Shown: positions 13,430 to 27,028 of the stretch, in pieces
How the letters are laid out: every line of letters starts with the position of its first letter
Position numbering within the stretch: position 1 is the stretch's first letter
Source: Paraspadella gotoi
Lineage: Eukaryota > Animalia > Chaetognatha
Direction of reading: 5' to 3'
Assembly (NCBI GenBank): GCA_051294375.1
Contig: CM119265.1
Span: 28,743,359 to 28,807,358 of the forward strand
DNA length: 64,000 bases
Notes under the pieces: generated by a model
What the model was told of the DNA's origin: nothing
Database searches by the model: none
Seen by the model: only the letters and a program-made list of their open reading frames with translations
Position numbers and translations under genes: made by a program

Positions 13430-13745
13430 TCAACTCAACCACAACTTGTTTACCCTCAACCAAACAACCAAGAGATCTCAACTCAAATAGGTACAACCAT
13501 CACCAAGGAACTAACACCACACAACAAGGAACAACCTATGACAACAACAACAAGTGGCGACAACCAACTAGACAACCAATAGGACACAACAAAGACAACT
13601 ACGATGGTAAAACAAGGACTAACCAAACTGTCTCTAAACAACCAAACATACATAGGACATATCAACAAACAGCATAACTATACCAATGACAACTACGAAA
13701 CTATACAAATTAACAACTATCACTAACAAAGGACACACCAAGGAT
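13430..13745. repeat. ACA/GACAAC-rich low-complexity repeat; related tract at 14960-15360
   Basis: Both tracts contain 'gaca(a)actacgatg..aaacaagga' and 'atacataggaca'. Confidence 0.7.
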
Positions 13746-15472
13746 CTCAATTCCTCCCTTTTTCCTATTCATTTTTTCTCCCTTTCCTCCCTTTCCTCGC
13801 CAGGTTTAAATCATCATTCCTCCTTTGTTTTTCTTTTTTCNNNNNNNNNNNNNNNNNNNNNNNNNNNNNNNNNNNNNNNNNNNNNNNNNNNNNNNNNNNN
13901 NNNNNNNNNNNNNNNNNNNNNNNNNNNNNNNNNNNNNNNNNNNNNNNNNNNNNNNNNNNNNNNNNNNNNNNNNNNNNNNNNNNNNNNNNNNNNNNNNNNN
14001 NNNNNNNNNNNNNNNNNNNNNNNNNNNNNNNNNNNNNNNNNNNNNNNNNNNNNNNNNNNNNNNNNNNNNNNNNNNNNNNNNNNNNNNNNNNNNNNNNNNN
14101 NNNNNNNNNNNNNNNNNNNNNNNNNNNNNNNNNNNNNNNNNNNNNNNNNNNNNNNNNNNNNNNNNNNNNNNNNNNNNNNNNNNNNNNTCTCTCTCTCTCG
14201 TTCATTATCTTTCCCTGCACCTGTCACTCGTTTGACTTCGCTCCACCGCGCATCTCCCAATCTTTTCCCTCACCTCACCTTTCTCCCTTCCATTCGTCCT
14301 CACCCCGAGTCGGTGATTGTCTTTGGGTGAGTTCTCTTGCCAATGAGGACCACGCCCACTACAATCGCTCGTCGTCGTCGTCGTCGTCGTCGTCTTTGGC
14401 ATTCTTCCATCCCGCGAAAATAAAATTCCATTTCGTTGCGGAAATAAAAAACAACTTTTTCTTTTTATTATTTCCTTTTATTCTTTGAATCTCGTGTTTT
14501 ATTTTTAGCCTCTCGAAAAAAATGGGAAGAGAAAAGCGGTTGGAAGTTAGGAAGATGAGGATATAAACAGTGGGAGGTTAGGAATAGGATGACAAAGAGA
14601 CGGTGGGAGGTTAGGAAGAGAAAGATATTAACAGTAGGAGGTAGGAAACGTAAGGTGGGTAGAAAAAGGAAATAAAGAATGAGAGAATAGTGGAATCAAT
14701 TAAGAGCAGATGATCAGTTAACGCAATTATTATTTTTTCATAATATTTGTTTACTTTTTTCACCGAATTCTATTTATAGCTTAGTTTTTCATTTTTTTGC
14801 CACTAGGAGGCGACAGAAAAAAACATTTGCTTCACAGCAAGGCGCTACAAAATACACTGTGGTTTCAGCCATGAATATCTCATTATTATGCCCAAGTTAA
14901 TTATTCCATCTTTCACTGTGCTGTGAAATTAACATCCCTTTTAGTCAACTTTAAAAAAAACAAGAACAACAAGGACAACAAGGACAACAAGGACAACAAC
15001 ATTAGGACAACTATACATACTTAATCAACAAGGACAACAGGAATCATCAAGGGACAATTTTAAAAAAAACCCCAATAAATAAAGAGACAAACTACGATGA
15101 AAACAAGGAAACATACGTACAACACACAACAAGTATCAAAATTAACAAGTACAGAACAATGACAACTACGACTCAATAACATACATAGGACAACAAAGGA
15201 CAACAAGGTACATACAAAGACAACTATCGGTGGACGACTGTGGACACTGATATAGCAACAAGGGACGACAATCTATAGCACATAGTGTGAACATTACATA
15301 ACGCCAACATAAATGGACACGACGTACAACAAGTGACCTAACGGACGACAACAATGACAACAGCCGATGGAGACGGTCTCTCGAAAAGAGAACTTGAGCG
15401 AGAAATCTTAAGCCATCACCATGGAAACACCAGGGAAAGGATTTGGTCGTAAGAGAGTAGAGATAGTGTCTG

Positions 15473-15596
<124 letters not shown>

Positions 15597-15775
15597 TGGC
15601 AACGGATTGGCGTCTCTATCTCTATCATTGTCCGGATCTTCGTCACTTTTCTTCTTCGCTGATTTCGGCGGAATTAATCGATTCACTTCATCAATTCTTT
15701 TCTTTTCTTTTCTTTTCTTTTCTTTTCTTTNNNNNNNNNNNNNNNNNNNNNNNNNTCTCTCTCCTTCTCTCTCTC

Positions 15776-15810
<35 letters not shown>

Positions 15811-15867
15811 ACGCGCTCTCTCTGTCCCTTTCTGAATCAGGTCAATACGAGCGTGACACTGGAATTC

Positions 15868-15902
<35 letters not shown>

Positions 15903-16309
15903 GGAAAGAGGAGAGAGAGACTGTCGGCCAATTCGACCGAAAAAATCAGTCGATTTTCTTTAATCCGGATTAAGATTAAGGAAAAAAAAATTTGAAATTA
16001 AATCGGATTAAAAAAAAAAAGAATTTTTAGCTTTTTTTTGTTCCACAAGAGGAAATATAGGGATTAGTTATTCATGATCTTATGTTTTGTTTAGGTGTTT
16101 ACCATTTCAGATTTTTAAATTAATCATTTCAAGACATTAAAATTAATTTAAAACATGCATAATTAAACAAATAGTAGATAAAAAATATCAGTCAATAAAA
16201 TTAGATTTAATTCCTTAGAATACAAAAAAAAATTTTAAAAAAATGGAAACCAGAAAATATTTACTTGACTTTCTAACCCTTAGGTCGAGACAGTTTGATA
16301 AACATAAGC

Positions 16310-16314
16310 GACAG

Positions 16315-16357
<43 letters not shown>

Positions 16358-18023
16358 AGAGAGACGAGACGGAGAGAGATGAGCAGAGAGAGAGACGAAG
16401 AGAGAGATGGAGAGAGTTTGAGCTTCAGCCTTTTAATACGCGCAAGGTAACGAAGTAACAATTCCTAGAAAACATATATCACGGGTTTATTGTGAAATTT
16501 GTGTAGAGAAAATAAAAAAAGAAACAAAGAACAACAAAAAAAAAAAGAAAAGAAAGAGAACTAGAAAAGATGAAATCGACAAAAAGTCGATCTACCCAAT
16601 CTTTTTTACTATAATAAAACTAATATCTATCTATTCTCATAAGCCTGATTAATGATGACGACGCGACGACACAATGAAGACGGACTTCAACTCTTCCCTT
16701 ATCGAATGCTGTGAGGAACTGGGTCAACTTAAGCTAAAATTCTCTCATTGGATGTGAGGAACTGTTGAGAACGGATTTCAGAAGCGGATTCTGAGAATCG
16801 GATTTTTAAGTTTCGGAAAAGAGATTTTAAAATCGGACTTAATTATGAGTAGTATTTTAGATTATCTTGAAATTATATTTGATTTTATTTATACAGCAAT
16901 AGCTATTCACAGGACAGATTTTTAAACGTTATTAAAAAATCAGATTCTAAGAATGTAATTATAATAAGTAAACGTTTAGGATATAAAATTTAGAACTTTA
17001 GTAGCAGAAAAAAATTACTATTCGTATATTCTCAACTCCCGAAATTATTTAGCCAAAGAAATATTGAACTTAAAAGTCGAAAAATAAAAATGAAAATAAA
17101 CTAAAAATCAGTTTTCTACTTAATCTTCTCACCGCCTGGAAACCATAATGAGAAAATAAAAAAGGACCTTCGGCTTAACTTCCTTTTTAACCATAGGGGA
17201 ACGGGAGAGAGAAAGAGAGAGAGGAGAGAGAGAAGAAGAGAGAGATAGATAGAGAGAAGAATCTAAAAAACACCAGAAAAAACGAAGAAAGTTTATCTTT
17301 AAAATTTTTAAGTAAAATGTTTGCGTTTATTAGGTGAAAAGAAAAAAAATGTGAGAAGGAAAATAAAGAGGGGGAAGAGAGGAAGGGGAGGGGGAAGAGA
17401 AGGAGCGGGGGAGAGAAGAGGGGGGGAGGAAGAGAGACGGGAAGAGGAAGAGCGGGGCGGAGAGGAAGAGCAGGAGAGGAAGGAGCAGGGGAGAAGGAAG
17501 AGCGGGGGAGGAGAGCGAGGGATAGAAGGACGGTGGGAGAGAAGAGCGGGGGAAGGAAGAAGCGAGGGAGAGGAGGGGGAGAGGAAGAGTGGGGGAAGGA
17601 AGAGAGAGGAAGAGGAAGAGCGCGGGGAGAGGAAGAGTGGGGAAGAAAGAGAAGGGAAGAGGAAGAGCGGGGGGAAGGAAGATCGAAAGGGGAGATGAGG
17701 GGGGTGAAGGATGAGCAGGGGAGAAGGAAAAAGAGCGAAGCAGTTCACGCGCTTGTAAAAATTTATCATGAACTGTTTGAATTGCATGAAAAGATAAATT
17801 GAATTTTGTCATAACCTTATTATTTTTCCATCATTAATCTTATTATCTGTAAAGAAATATGTTGCCCTCAATTTTAATTTTTTATTTGTTTTTATGCTTC
17901 TGTTTCTTTCCATGAAAAACTTTTTCTCCGCGTATCTTTATTATGTTTGCTGCGAAAATCCATGATTTACATATTTGCGGTTTCCCGCCACTGCATTTGT
18001 TTAGGAGAGAGAGTAAAAGAGAC

Positions 18024-18097
<74 letters not shown>

Positions 18098-18268
18098 AAG
18101 AGAGAGAGAGAGAGAATTAACAAGAAATCACAGATTTTAAAAAAAAGTCCTTAACACCAAAGTAAAAAAAATAGATAAATGACGAATTTTGACGCGTCAC
18201 ACTTGGGTCACGTGATTGTAGTGAAATGCTGAAGGAGAGGGAGAGAGAGAGAGAAGAGAGAGAGAGAG

Positions 18269-18317
<49 letters not shown>

Positions 18318-18571
18318 GAGAGAGAGAGAAGAGAGAGAGAGAAGAGAGAGAGACAGTGATCAGTGAAGAGAGTCCAAATGAATCACATAGTGAAAGGAGA
18401 CTCGATGAATCCGTAAAAGTGAAATTGGGAAAAGTGAAACTACAGATTTAAAATAAAATGTATATTAACCTCATTGTAATTTAGATTAAAAAAACAATTT
18501 ACAAAAAAGGGTACATTTATTAATTTTTTAGTATTTTTTTGTTATAACAAAATATATATATATCTTTTCCT

Positions 18572-18660
<89 letters not shown>

Positions 18661-18859
18661 GACAACGCCACTAACGCGTCATGGACTGACTGTCACTCTC
18701 GCTACGGTTCATCGCGCTCACGTCATATGTCTATTCCTCGTCGTCGTCATAGTCGTCGTCGTCGGATCGTCGTCGTCGTCATCATCTCTTACTTTCGACT
18801 GGATGACGTCATTGGAGGGAAAAGGAAATAGTGAGGGGAGATGGTAGAGCGATTCTTGT

Positions 18860-18936
<77 letters not shown>

Positions 18937-19286
18937 AAGAAAGAAGAAAGACAATGAAAGAAAGAAAGAAAGAAGAAAGAAAAAGAAAGAAAAGAAAAAA
19001 GAAAGAAAAAAGAAAGAAAATTTACCAAAAAAATTTAGCCTTTCTTTCGAGCTCTCGGCATCCGATTGGTACGCAACTCCTGACAAGGCCTGTCACGTAT
19101 CCCAGTCGTTCACGTGACTGGGCGTGACACTTGCGTGACAAGGTCCTGTCACGCATTCGGAGGTGGTTCACGTGACTGGGCGTGAACGGACTGGGTGAAA
19201 ATCCCGTTACGACTTCTCTTGTCATCGGCCAAAGAAAGGCGAAAGAGTCTAATGAAGAAAATCACCTCGATCTCTCCTCTCTCTCT

Positions 19287-19319
<33 letters not shown>

Positions 19320-19572
19320 CTCTCTCTCTCTCCTCTCTCTCACTATTCCTTTTCCCTCCAATGACTCATCCGAGTCGAAAAAAGTAAGATGATGGACGAC
19401 GACGACGATGACGACGACGACGACTATGACGACGACGACGATGCACCAATCGCGTTGAACGCGATGAACCAGGAAACGAATCATCATCATCGACGCGGCG
19501 GTACGTGCGAGTTGTCAGAGAGAGAGAGAGAGAGAGAAGAATCAGAAGAGAGAGAGATGAGAGAGAGACGAT

Positions 19573-19610
<38 letters not shown>

Positions 19611-19863
19611 GAGAGACGAGAGAGGAGAAAGAGAGAGAGAAAATATATATATATTGATTAAACAAAAAAATACTAAAAAATATTAATGAAAAATGTACCC
19701 TTTTTTTTAAAATTGTTTTTAATCCTAAATTACAATCGAGTTAATATACATTTTAATTTTAATCTGTAGTTTCACCTTTTTCCCAATTTTCACTTTTAGA
19801 TTCATCGAGTTCTCCTTTCCACTATGTGATTCCATTGGGACTCTTCACTGATCACTCTCTCTT

Positions 19864-19894
<31 letters not shown>

Positions 19895-20120
19895 CTCTCT
19901 CTCTCTTCTCTTTCTCTCTTCTCTCACTCTCTCTCTCTCTCTCTCTTTCCCTCCCTCTCGTCTTCACATTTCACTCAATCACGTGACCCCAAGTTGTATC
20001 GTGACGCGTATCAAATCTCTGTCATTTATCATTATTTTTTACTTTTGGTGTTAAAGGACTTTTTTTAAATCTGTTGAATTTCTTGTAATTCTCTCTCTCT
20101 CTCGCTCTCTCTCTCTTCTC

Positions 20121-20181
<61 letters not shown>

Positions 20182-21920
20182 CTCTCTCTCTTTTACTCTC
20201 TCTCTCTTAAACAAATGCAAGTAGGCGGAAAACCGCAAATATGTAAATCATGGATTTCGCAAGCAAACATAAAAAGATACGCGAAAAAGTTTTTCATGGA
20301 AAGAAAACAAAAGCATTAAAAAACAAATAAAAAAAAAATTAAAATTGAGGGCAACATATTTCTTTACAGATAAATAAGATTAATGATGGAAAAATAATAA
20401 GGTTATGACCAAAATTCATTTTATCTTTTCATGCAATTCAAAACAGTTCATGATAAATGTACAAAAGCCGTCGAACTCATCTCCCGTCTCTTCCTTCTCC
20501 CCCTGCTCATCCTCACCCCCTCTCATCCTCCCCTTCGCGTCTTCCTCCCCGCTTCTTCCTCTTCCTCTCTCTTTCTTTCCCCCCACTCTTCCTTCTCCCC
20601 GCGCTCTTCTCTTCCCTTCTCTCTTCCCTTCCCCCCACTCTTCCTTCTTCCCCCCACTCTTCCTCTCCCCTCGCTCTTCCTCTCCCCGCTCTTCTTCTCC
20701 CACCGCTCTCCTATTCCCCTCGCTCTCTCTCCCCCGCTCTTCTTCTTCCCACCGCTTCTCCTCTCCCCTCGCTCTTCCCTCTCCCCCCGCTCTTCTCTTC
20801 CCTCTCTCTTCCTCTCCCCCCACTCTTCCTCTCCCCCCCGCTCTTCCTCTCCCCTCCCCCTTCCTCCTCTTCCCCCTTATTTTCCTCTCCACATTTTTTT
20901 CTTTTCACCTTAAATAAACCGCCAACATTTTTTTACTTAAAAAATTTTTAAAGATTAAACTTTCTTCGTTTTCTGGTGTTTTTTTAAGATTCTATCTCTC
21001 TCTATCTATTCTCTCTTCTCTCTCTCTCTCTCTTTCTCTCTCTCCCCGTTCCCCTATGTTTTAAAAGGAAGTTAAGCCGAAGGTCCCTTTTTATTTTCTC
21101 ATTATGGTTTCCAGGCGGTTGAAGATTTAAGTAGAAAACTGATTTTTAGTTTATTTTCTTTTTATTTTTCGACTTTTAAGTTTAATATTTTCTTTAGCTA
21201 AATTAATTTCGGGAGTTGAGAATATACAATAGTAATTTTTTTCTGCTACTAAAGTTCTAAATTTTATATCCTAAACGTTTACTTTATTTAAATTACATTC
21301 TTAGAATCTGATTTTTTTTTAATAACGTTTAAAAATCTATCTGTGAATAGCTATTGCTGTATAATAAAATCAAATATAATTTCAAGATAATCTAAAATAC
21401 TACTCATAATTAAGATCCGATTTTAAAATCTCTTTTCCGAAACTTAAAATCCGATTCTCAGAATCCGCTCCTTGAAATCCGCTTCTTAAAATCAGTTCTC
21501 TTCACATTCCAACTCGAGAGATTTTTAGGCTTAAGTTGACCCAGTTCCTCCCACGCATTCGATAAGGAAGAGTTGAAGTCGTCTTCATTGTCGTCGTCGT
21601 CGTCATCATTAATCAGGCTTAGAATATTATTGTTATTACTTATTAGTAAAAAATGATTGGGATTAGATCGACTTTTTGTCGATTCACTCTTTCTATTCTC
21701 TTTCTTTCTTTCTTTTTTTTTTGTTTCTTTGTTTCTTTCTTTTATTTTCTCTACACAAAATTTCACAAAAATTCCCGGTGATATATTTTTCTAGGAATCT
21801 GTTACTCGTTACTCTTCGCGTAATTAAAAGGCTGAACGCTCAACTCTCTCTTCTCTCTCCTCTTTCCTTCTCCTCTCTCTTCTCTCGCATCTCTCTCTAT
21901 CTCTCTCTCTCTCTTTTCTC
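16310..21920. repeat. Large inverted duplication (arms ~16310-19045 and ~19230-21920)
   Basis: For example 'ggaccttcggcttaacttcc' (17163) vs 'ggaagttaagccgaaggtcc' (21067), and 'gagtagtattttagattatcttgaaat' vs its reverse complement at ~21380. Confidence 0.92.
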
Positions 21921-22447
21921 TCTACGCGCGCTCTCTCTGTCCCATTTCTGAATCGTCAATACGAGCTCGACACCTGGAATCAGAAAGGATCAGCGAACGA
22001 GAGAGGAGAGAGAGGAGAGGAGAGAGAAGAGAGAGACGGAGACAAGAGGAGAGAGAGACTAGTCGGCCAATTCGACCGAAACAATCATTTCAGTTTCTTT
22101 AATCCGGATTAAGGTTAAGAAAAAAAAATGAAATTACGGATTAAAAAAAGAAAGAATATCTTAAGCTTTTTTTGTTCCACAAGAGGAAATATAGGGATTA
22201 GTATTCATTATTCTTATGTTCTCTTTTTAGGTGATTTACCATTTCAGATTTTATTAATAAATTAACTCATTAATTAATTCAATTTAAACATGCCATATTA
22301 ACACAATAGTAGATACAAAATCAGTCAATAAAATTAGATTTAATTCCTTAGAATACAAAAAAAAATTTTAAAAAAATGGAAACCAGAAAATATTTACTTG
22401 ACTTTCTAACCCTTAGGTCGAGACAGTTTGATAAACATAAGCGACAG

Positions 22448-22507
<60 letters not shown>

Positions 22508-22903
22508 GAGCAGAGAGAGAGAGAGAGAGAGAGNNNNNNNNNNNNNNNNNNNNNNNNNTAAATTATTTTCTGGTTTCCATTTTTTAAAAAATTGATTCTA
22601 AGATTAAATCCCTAATTTTATTGACTGATTGATTTATTTATTACTATTTGTTTAATATGCATGTTTAAAATTAATTTAATGTTTGAAATGATTAATTTAA
22701 AAATCTAAAATGGTAAACACTAAACAAAACATAAGATCAATGAATAACTAATCCTTATTTCCTCTTGTGGAACAAAAAAAAGCTAAAAATTCTTTCTTTT
22801 TTTTTAATCCGATTTAATTTCAATTTTTTTTCTTAATCTTAATCGGATTAAAGAAAATCGAACTGATTTTTCGGTCGAATTGGCCGACGTCTCTCTCTCT
22901 CTT
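21920..22903. repeat. Further copies of 15805-16350: direct at ~21920-22533, inverted at 22559-22903
   Basis: The identical ORF start METRKYLLDFLTLRSRQF occurs at 16243 and 22376. The reverse complement follows the 25-N gap. Confidence 0.9.
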
Positions 22904-22970
22904 TNNNNNNNNNNTTCTCATCCCCTCAACCTTTCCCAAATTCGTCTCCATCTCCGCCCATTTCGGCATC

Positions 22971-23468
22971 CTGTGGCTTTTTGCTTGCCGCTTGCTTTTA
23001 TTATGGCTTTTTGCTTGTTTCGAATGCTTACTGCTCTCTTTTACTGTGATTTTTGGTTGTTTCGAATGCTTGCTGCTTGCTTTTATTATGGCTTTTTGCT
23101 TGTTTCGAATGCTTGCTGCTCTCTTTTACTGTGGCTTTTTGCTTGTTTCGAATGATTGCTGCTTGCTTTTATTATGGCTTTTTCCTTGTTTCGAATGCTT
23201 GCTGCATGCTTTTACTGTGGCTTTTTGCTTGTTTCGAATGCTTGCTGATTGCCTTTACTGTGGCTTTTTGCTTGTTTTGAATGCTTGCCGCTTGCTTTTT
23301 CTGTGGCTTTTTGCTTGTTTCGAATGATTGCCGTTTCTTTTACTGTGGCTTTTTGCTTTTTTCGAATGCTTGCCGCGTGCTTTTACTTTGGCTTTTTGCT
23401 TCTTTCGAATGCTTGCCGCTTGCTTTTACTGTGGCTTTTTGCTTGTTTCGAATGCTTGCTGCTTGTTT
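22971..23468. repeat. 41-43-bp minisatellite, ~11-12 copies (ctgtggctttttgcttgtttcgaatgcttgccgcttgctttta)
   Basis: Clean tandem units with substitutions only. Confidence 0.95.
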
Positions 23469-24348
23469 TTTTTTTACTTTTGGTTATCCCAGTCAAACTT
23501 GTCAGAAGGAATGTCTTAACTTGTTATATATGTATCCAAATTTAATAGTCAAGATATATTAATTTAATAAATGTGTTAGTGACTTTTATATTGTAAAATA
23601 TTTTAAACCTCGAAATTCTTCCCCATTGACATAAAACCCATAAATTCACTCAACTAAATTTTCCAAAACGATTTTTCGAGAGTGTAACTTTGCAAAACCG
23701 AACGACAGAATAACCTGAGAATTTTATCGCTTTGACAAACGTAGCTGAAAATCNNNNNNNNNNNNNNNNNNNNNNNNNNNNNNNNNNNNNNNNNNNNNNN
23801 NNNNNNNNNNNNNNNNNNNNNNNNNNNNNNNNNNNNNNNNNNNNNNNNNNNNNNNNNNNNNNNNNNNNNNNNNNNNNNNNNNNNNNNNNNNNNNNNNNNN
23901 NNNNNNNNNNNNNNNNNNNNNNNNNNNNNNNNNNNNNNNNNAGAAGAAACAGACAAAGAGAAAACGAATCAGCAAAAGCTTCATGTAAAATAAAGATTTC
24001 AAATTTAGAAAATTAAGTTTCCGAAAAATGGGAAATTGTTCTGACAAAAATTGAATCACTATTAAAACTGATTAATCTAACCACTGTGGAGGAAGAAGAT
24101 AACAAATCATAAAAGAAATGTATATTAGATACTGTGGCAAAAATATATTCAGTAATTTGTGAATAAAAATATTGCTAAAAAATCATTACACTTTTACTAA
24201 TTGTGCCTAATTATCTTTTTCCCCTCTTTTCAATCCTCGGTTCGACTCACTCACCTCACCACAAAATAGGTAAGTCTCAATATTTATTTTCTATTTTTGT
24301 GTGAGAAAATGTTTGTTATTCGCGTGAATAAGAAACCACAAAAGAAAG

Positions 24349-24382
<34 letters not shown>

Positions 24383-24620
24383 NNNNNNNNNNNNNNNNNN
24401 NNNNNNNNNNNNNNNNNNNNNNNNNNNNNNNNNNNNNNNNNNNNNNNNNNNNNNNNNNNNNNNNNNNNNNNNNNNNNNNNNNNNNNNNNNNNNNNNNNNN
24501 NNNNNNNNNNNTCTCTCTCTCTCTCTCTCGCTCCATCGGAAGAATAAAAGTGAGATCAAGAAAAATGTTTTCACATTTTCCCGCGAAAACTTTTTTATAG
24601 ACATCACAAAGTCGTCGTCG

Positions 24621-24652
<32 letters not shown>

Positions 24653-25384
24653 ATCGCAAACGCATTGTTTTTATGGTCGCAACGGAATGGGATCGAATAA
24701 CGCAGTCAGGGAGAGGAAGAAAACGTCTTTGTTTTAAAAGGAGAATTGCTTGGCTGGTTGCTTGCTTGGTTGCTTGGTTACTTTCTTTCTTTTTATGTCT
24801 TTCTTTCAATCTCCGGTCGTTCATACTAAATACTTTTTCTTTTTCTCCTTCTTTCTTTTACTGTCATTGCCTTCGGCCCTCTTCATCTCCCCTCCCTCTC
24901 TTTTTCATCTCTCTCTCCTTCCTCCCTTCCCTCTCTCCCTCTCTCTCCCTCTCTCCCTCTCTCTTCTCACGCCCGCCTCCGACTTCAGCGGAGTTTAATG
25001 ATCAGTTTCCCCACAAAGTCATTTATTGTCAATTTAATTGTCGCGTTGTTCGTCCCCCTCGTCGTCGTGATTGTCGTTTACAGCAATCTATATTTCGTAC
25101 AATTATATCACTAATGATGAGCGCGTTTTAAAACACTTGACTTCTTCGCAGTCCGTACAACATAAGTCGGGGGGATCGAACTCTGCTGGACCTGCCGGAT
25201 CACCACATCCATCTTTGGCCTGTCCTCACACGAAATATCCGCCACCAACCCGGGTTTGGACGCGGCAAAGGGGGGAACGACGAATGATGAACGGACTAGT
25301 CGTTAAACAACTAACTTTGACCCGCAAAAGTCGGAGATTGCGGCATCCAGCCGGGGGTGATATAAAGTGAGTTCGTGTGGGACA

Positions 25385-26482
25385 CACGACGATGGAACGA
25401 CGACGAATAGAGGACGACGAAGCAGCGATACGACGATGAGGACTGATTGACGAACGACGGATTACTGAGGATCAGACGACGCGACTGATTGATTTGAGTA
25501 CGACGACACGATGAGTAGGGACGGACGATGAGGATCGGACGACGATCGACCGGCACCGAACGTACGTACTGAGGTACGACGACCGCGACCACGCCGATCG
25601 GAGTGCGACGACGAACCGACCGGATTCTTTTCGAGGACGACCGATTGCAACGAGCGACGTGATTCTGGATGGACTGATGACGAGACGATCTCGAGGGACA
25701 ACCGACCCGACCGATGATGAGGAATACGACGATTATAGAGGACGACGATGAAGATCGGACTCGACGAGGCGACGAAGCGTAATACGAAGACGATGGGAGG
25801 ACGAAACGACGACGACCCGTATAGAGGACGACGGACTGACCGATGTATCTGTCTGGATGGTACCGACGATGTGACGACGACGATAGAGAGACGACGACGT
25901 GACAATGAGGTACGACTACCCTAGGCGATGACAGCACGACGTAATGCCGAGCCAAGCGCACGACGGGACGACCGTAGAGGCGACGGACTGCTAACCGGTC
26001 TGAGTGTGCTGCACGACTTACGACGACGTCATGAGAGTAGGGGACGGCACCGACGGACTGAGCGACGACCGCGGATGAACGATAGCGACGGATTGAGGGA
26101 CCGCTCCGACGTGACGACGATGAAGGACGACTGGATGACGACGACGTTTGGTCAGGACGACGACGAGCAGATATGAGGACGGATCGGATGGACCGACTCG
26201 GAGCGTATAGAGGACGACGACCGACTGACAGGACGACGATGACAACATAGGACGACGATGAGGACGACGATAGTGGAGGAACGACGCATGAGCGGAACGA
26301 CGGATATGCAGGACGACCGATTGAGGACTGACGAGACGATACCGACGGACGACGGACGACCTGAGTGTAGGACGACCCGAAGACCGGATCGAGGCTGACG
26401 ACGAATTTTGACGACGGGACCGATAGACGACGATCTGACGATGTGCGGCACGACGGCGAAGATCCGACGACGATTGAGGACG
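25385..26482. repeat. Degenerate GAC/GACGAT-rich low-complexity tract
   Basis: Dense imperfect gacgac/gaggacgac units over ~1.1 kb. Confidence 0.85.
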
Positions 26483-26973
26483 NNNNNNNNNNNNNNNNNN
26501 NNNNNNNCCCCCCCTTTCCCGCTGCCCCATCGACTTTTGCGTCATTGTTTTAACGACTGGTCGTTCATCGTCGTTCCCTTTCGCCCGGGTTGGTGGCGTT
26601 CGTGGCAGCAAAGATGGATTGTGATCGGCAAGGTCCAGAGTTCGATTCCCGACTTATTTTGTAGGCTGGAAAGTCAATGTTTAAAAACCTCATCATTAGT
26701 ATTATGTACATATAGATCTGTAAACGAAATCAAATAAAAATCTAAACCCCTCGTCGCCGCTCATCGACCCACCTCGTGTCCTCATTCTGCCAGATTCCAT
26801 TGCCGCTGATGTCGGCAGTTTATTCACCCGGGGATTTTCGAATCGATTGCAATGATCTCGTTCTAGTTGGTTGAGGAAGTGTCGTTGACGATTTCTCTTT
26901 GGCGCTACGTCAGTATTGAGCGTCACTTGGTAGAATCTGTGAGATGGGCGTTTTAATGACTAATGACTAATGA

Positions 26974-27028
<55 letters not shown>

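Noticed and set aside
22971-23468. CRISPR array
   Set aside because: Contiguous tandem units with no unique spacers, no cas genes, and a eukaryotic context.
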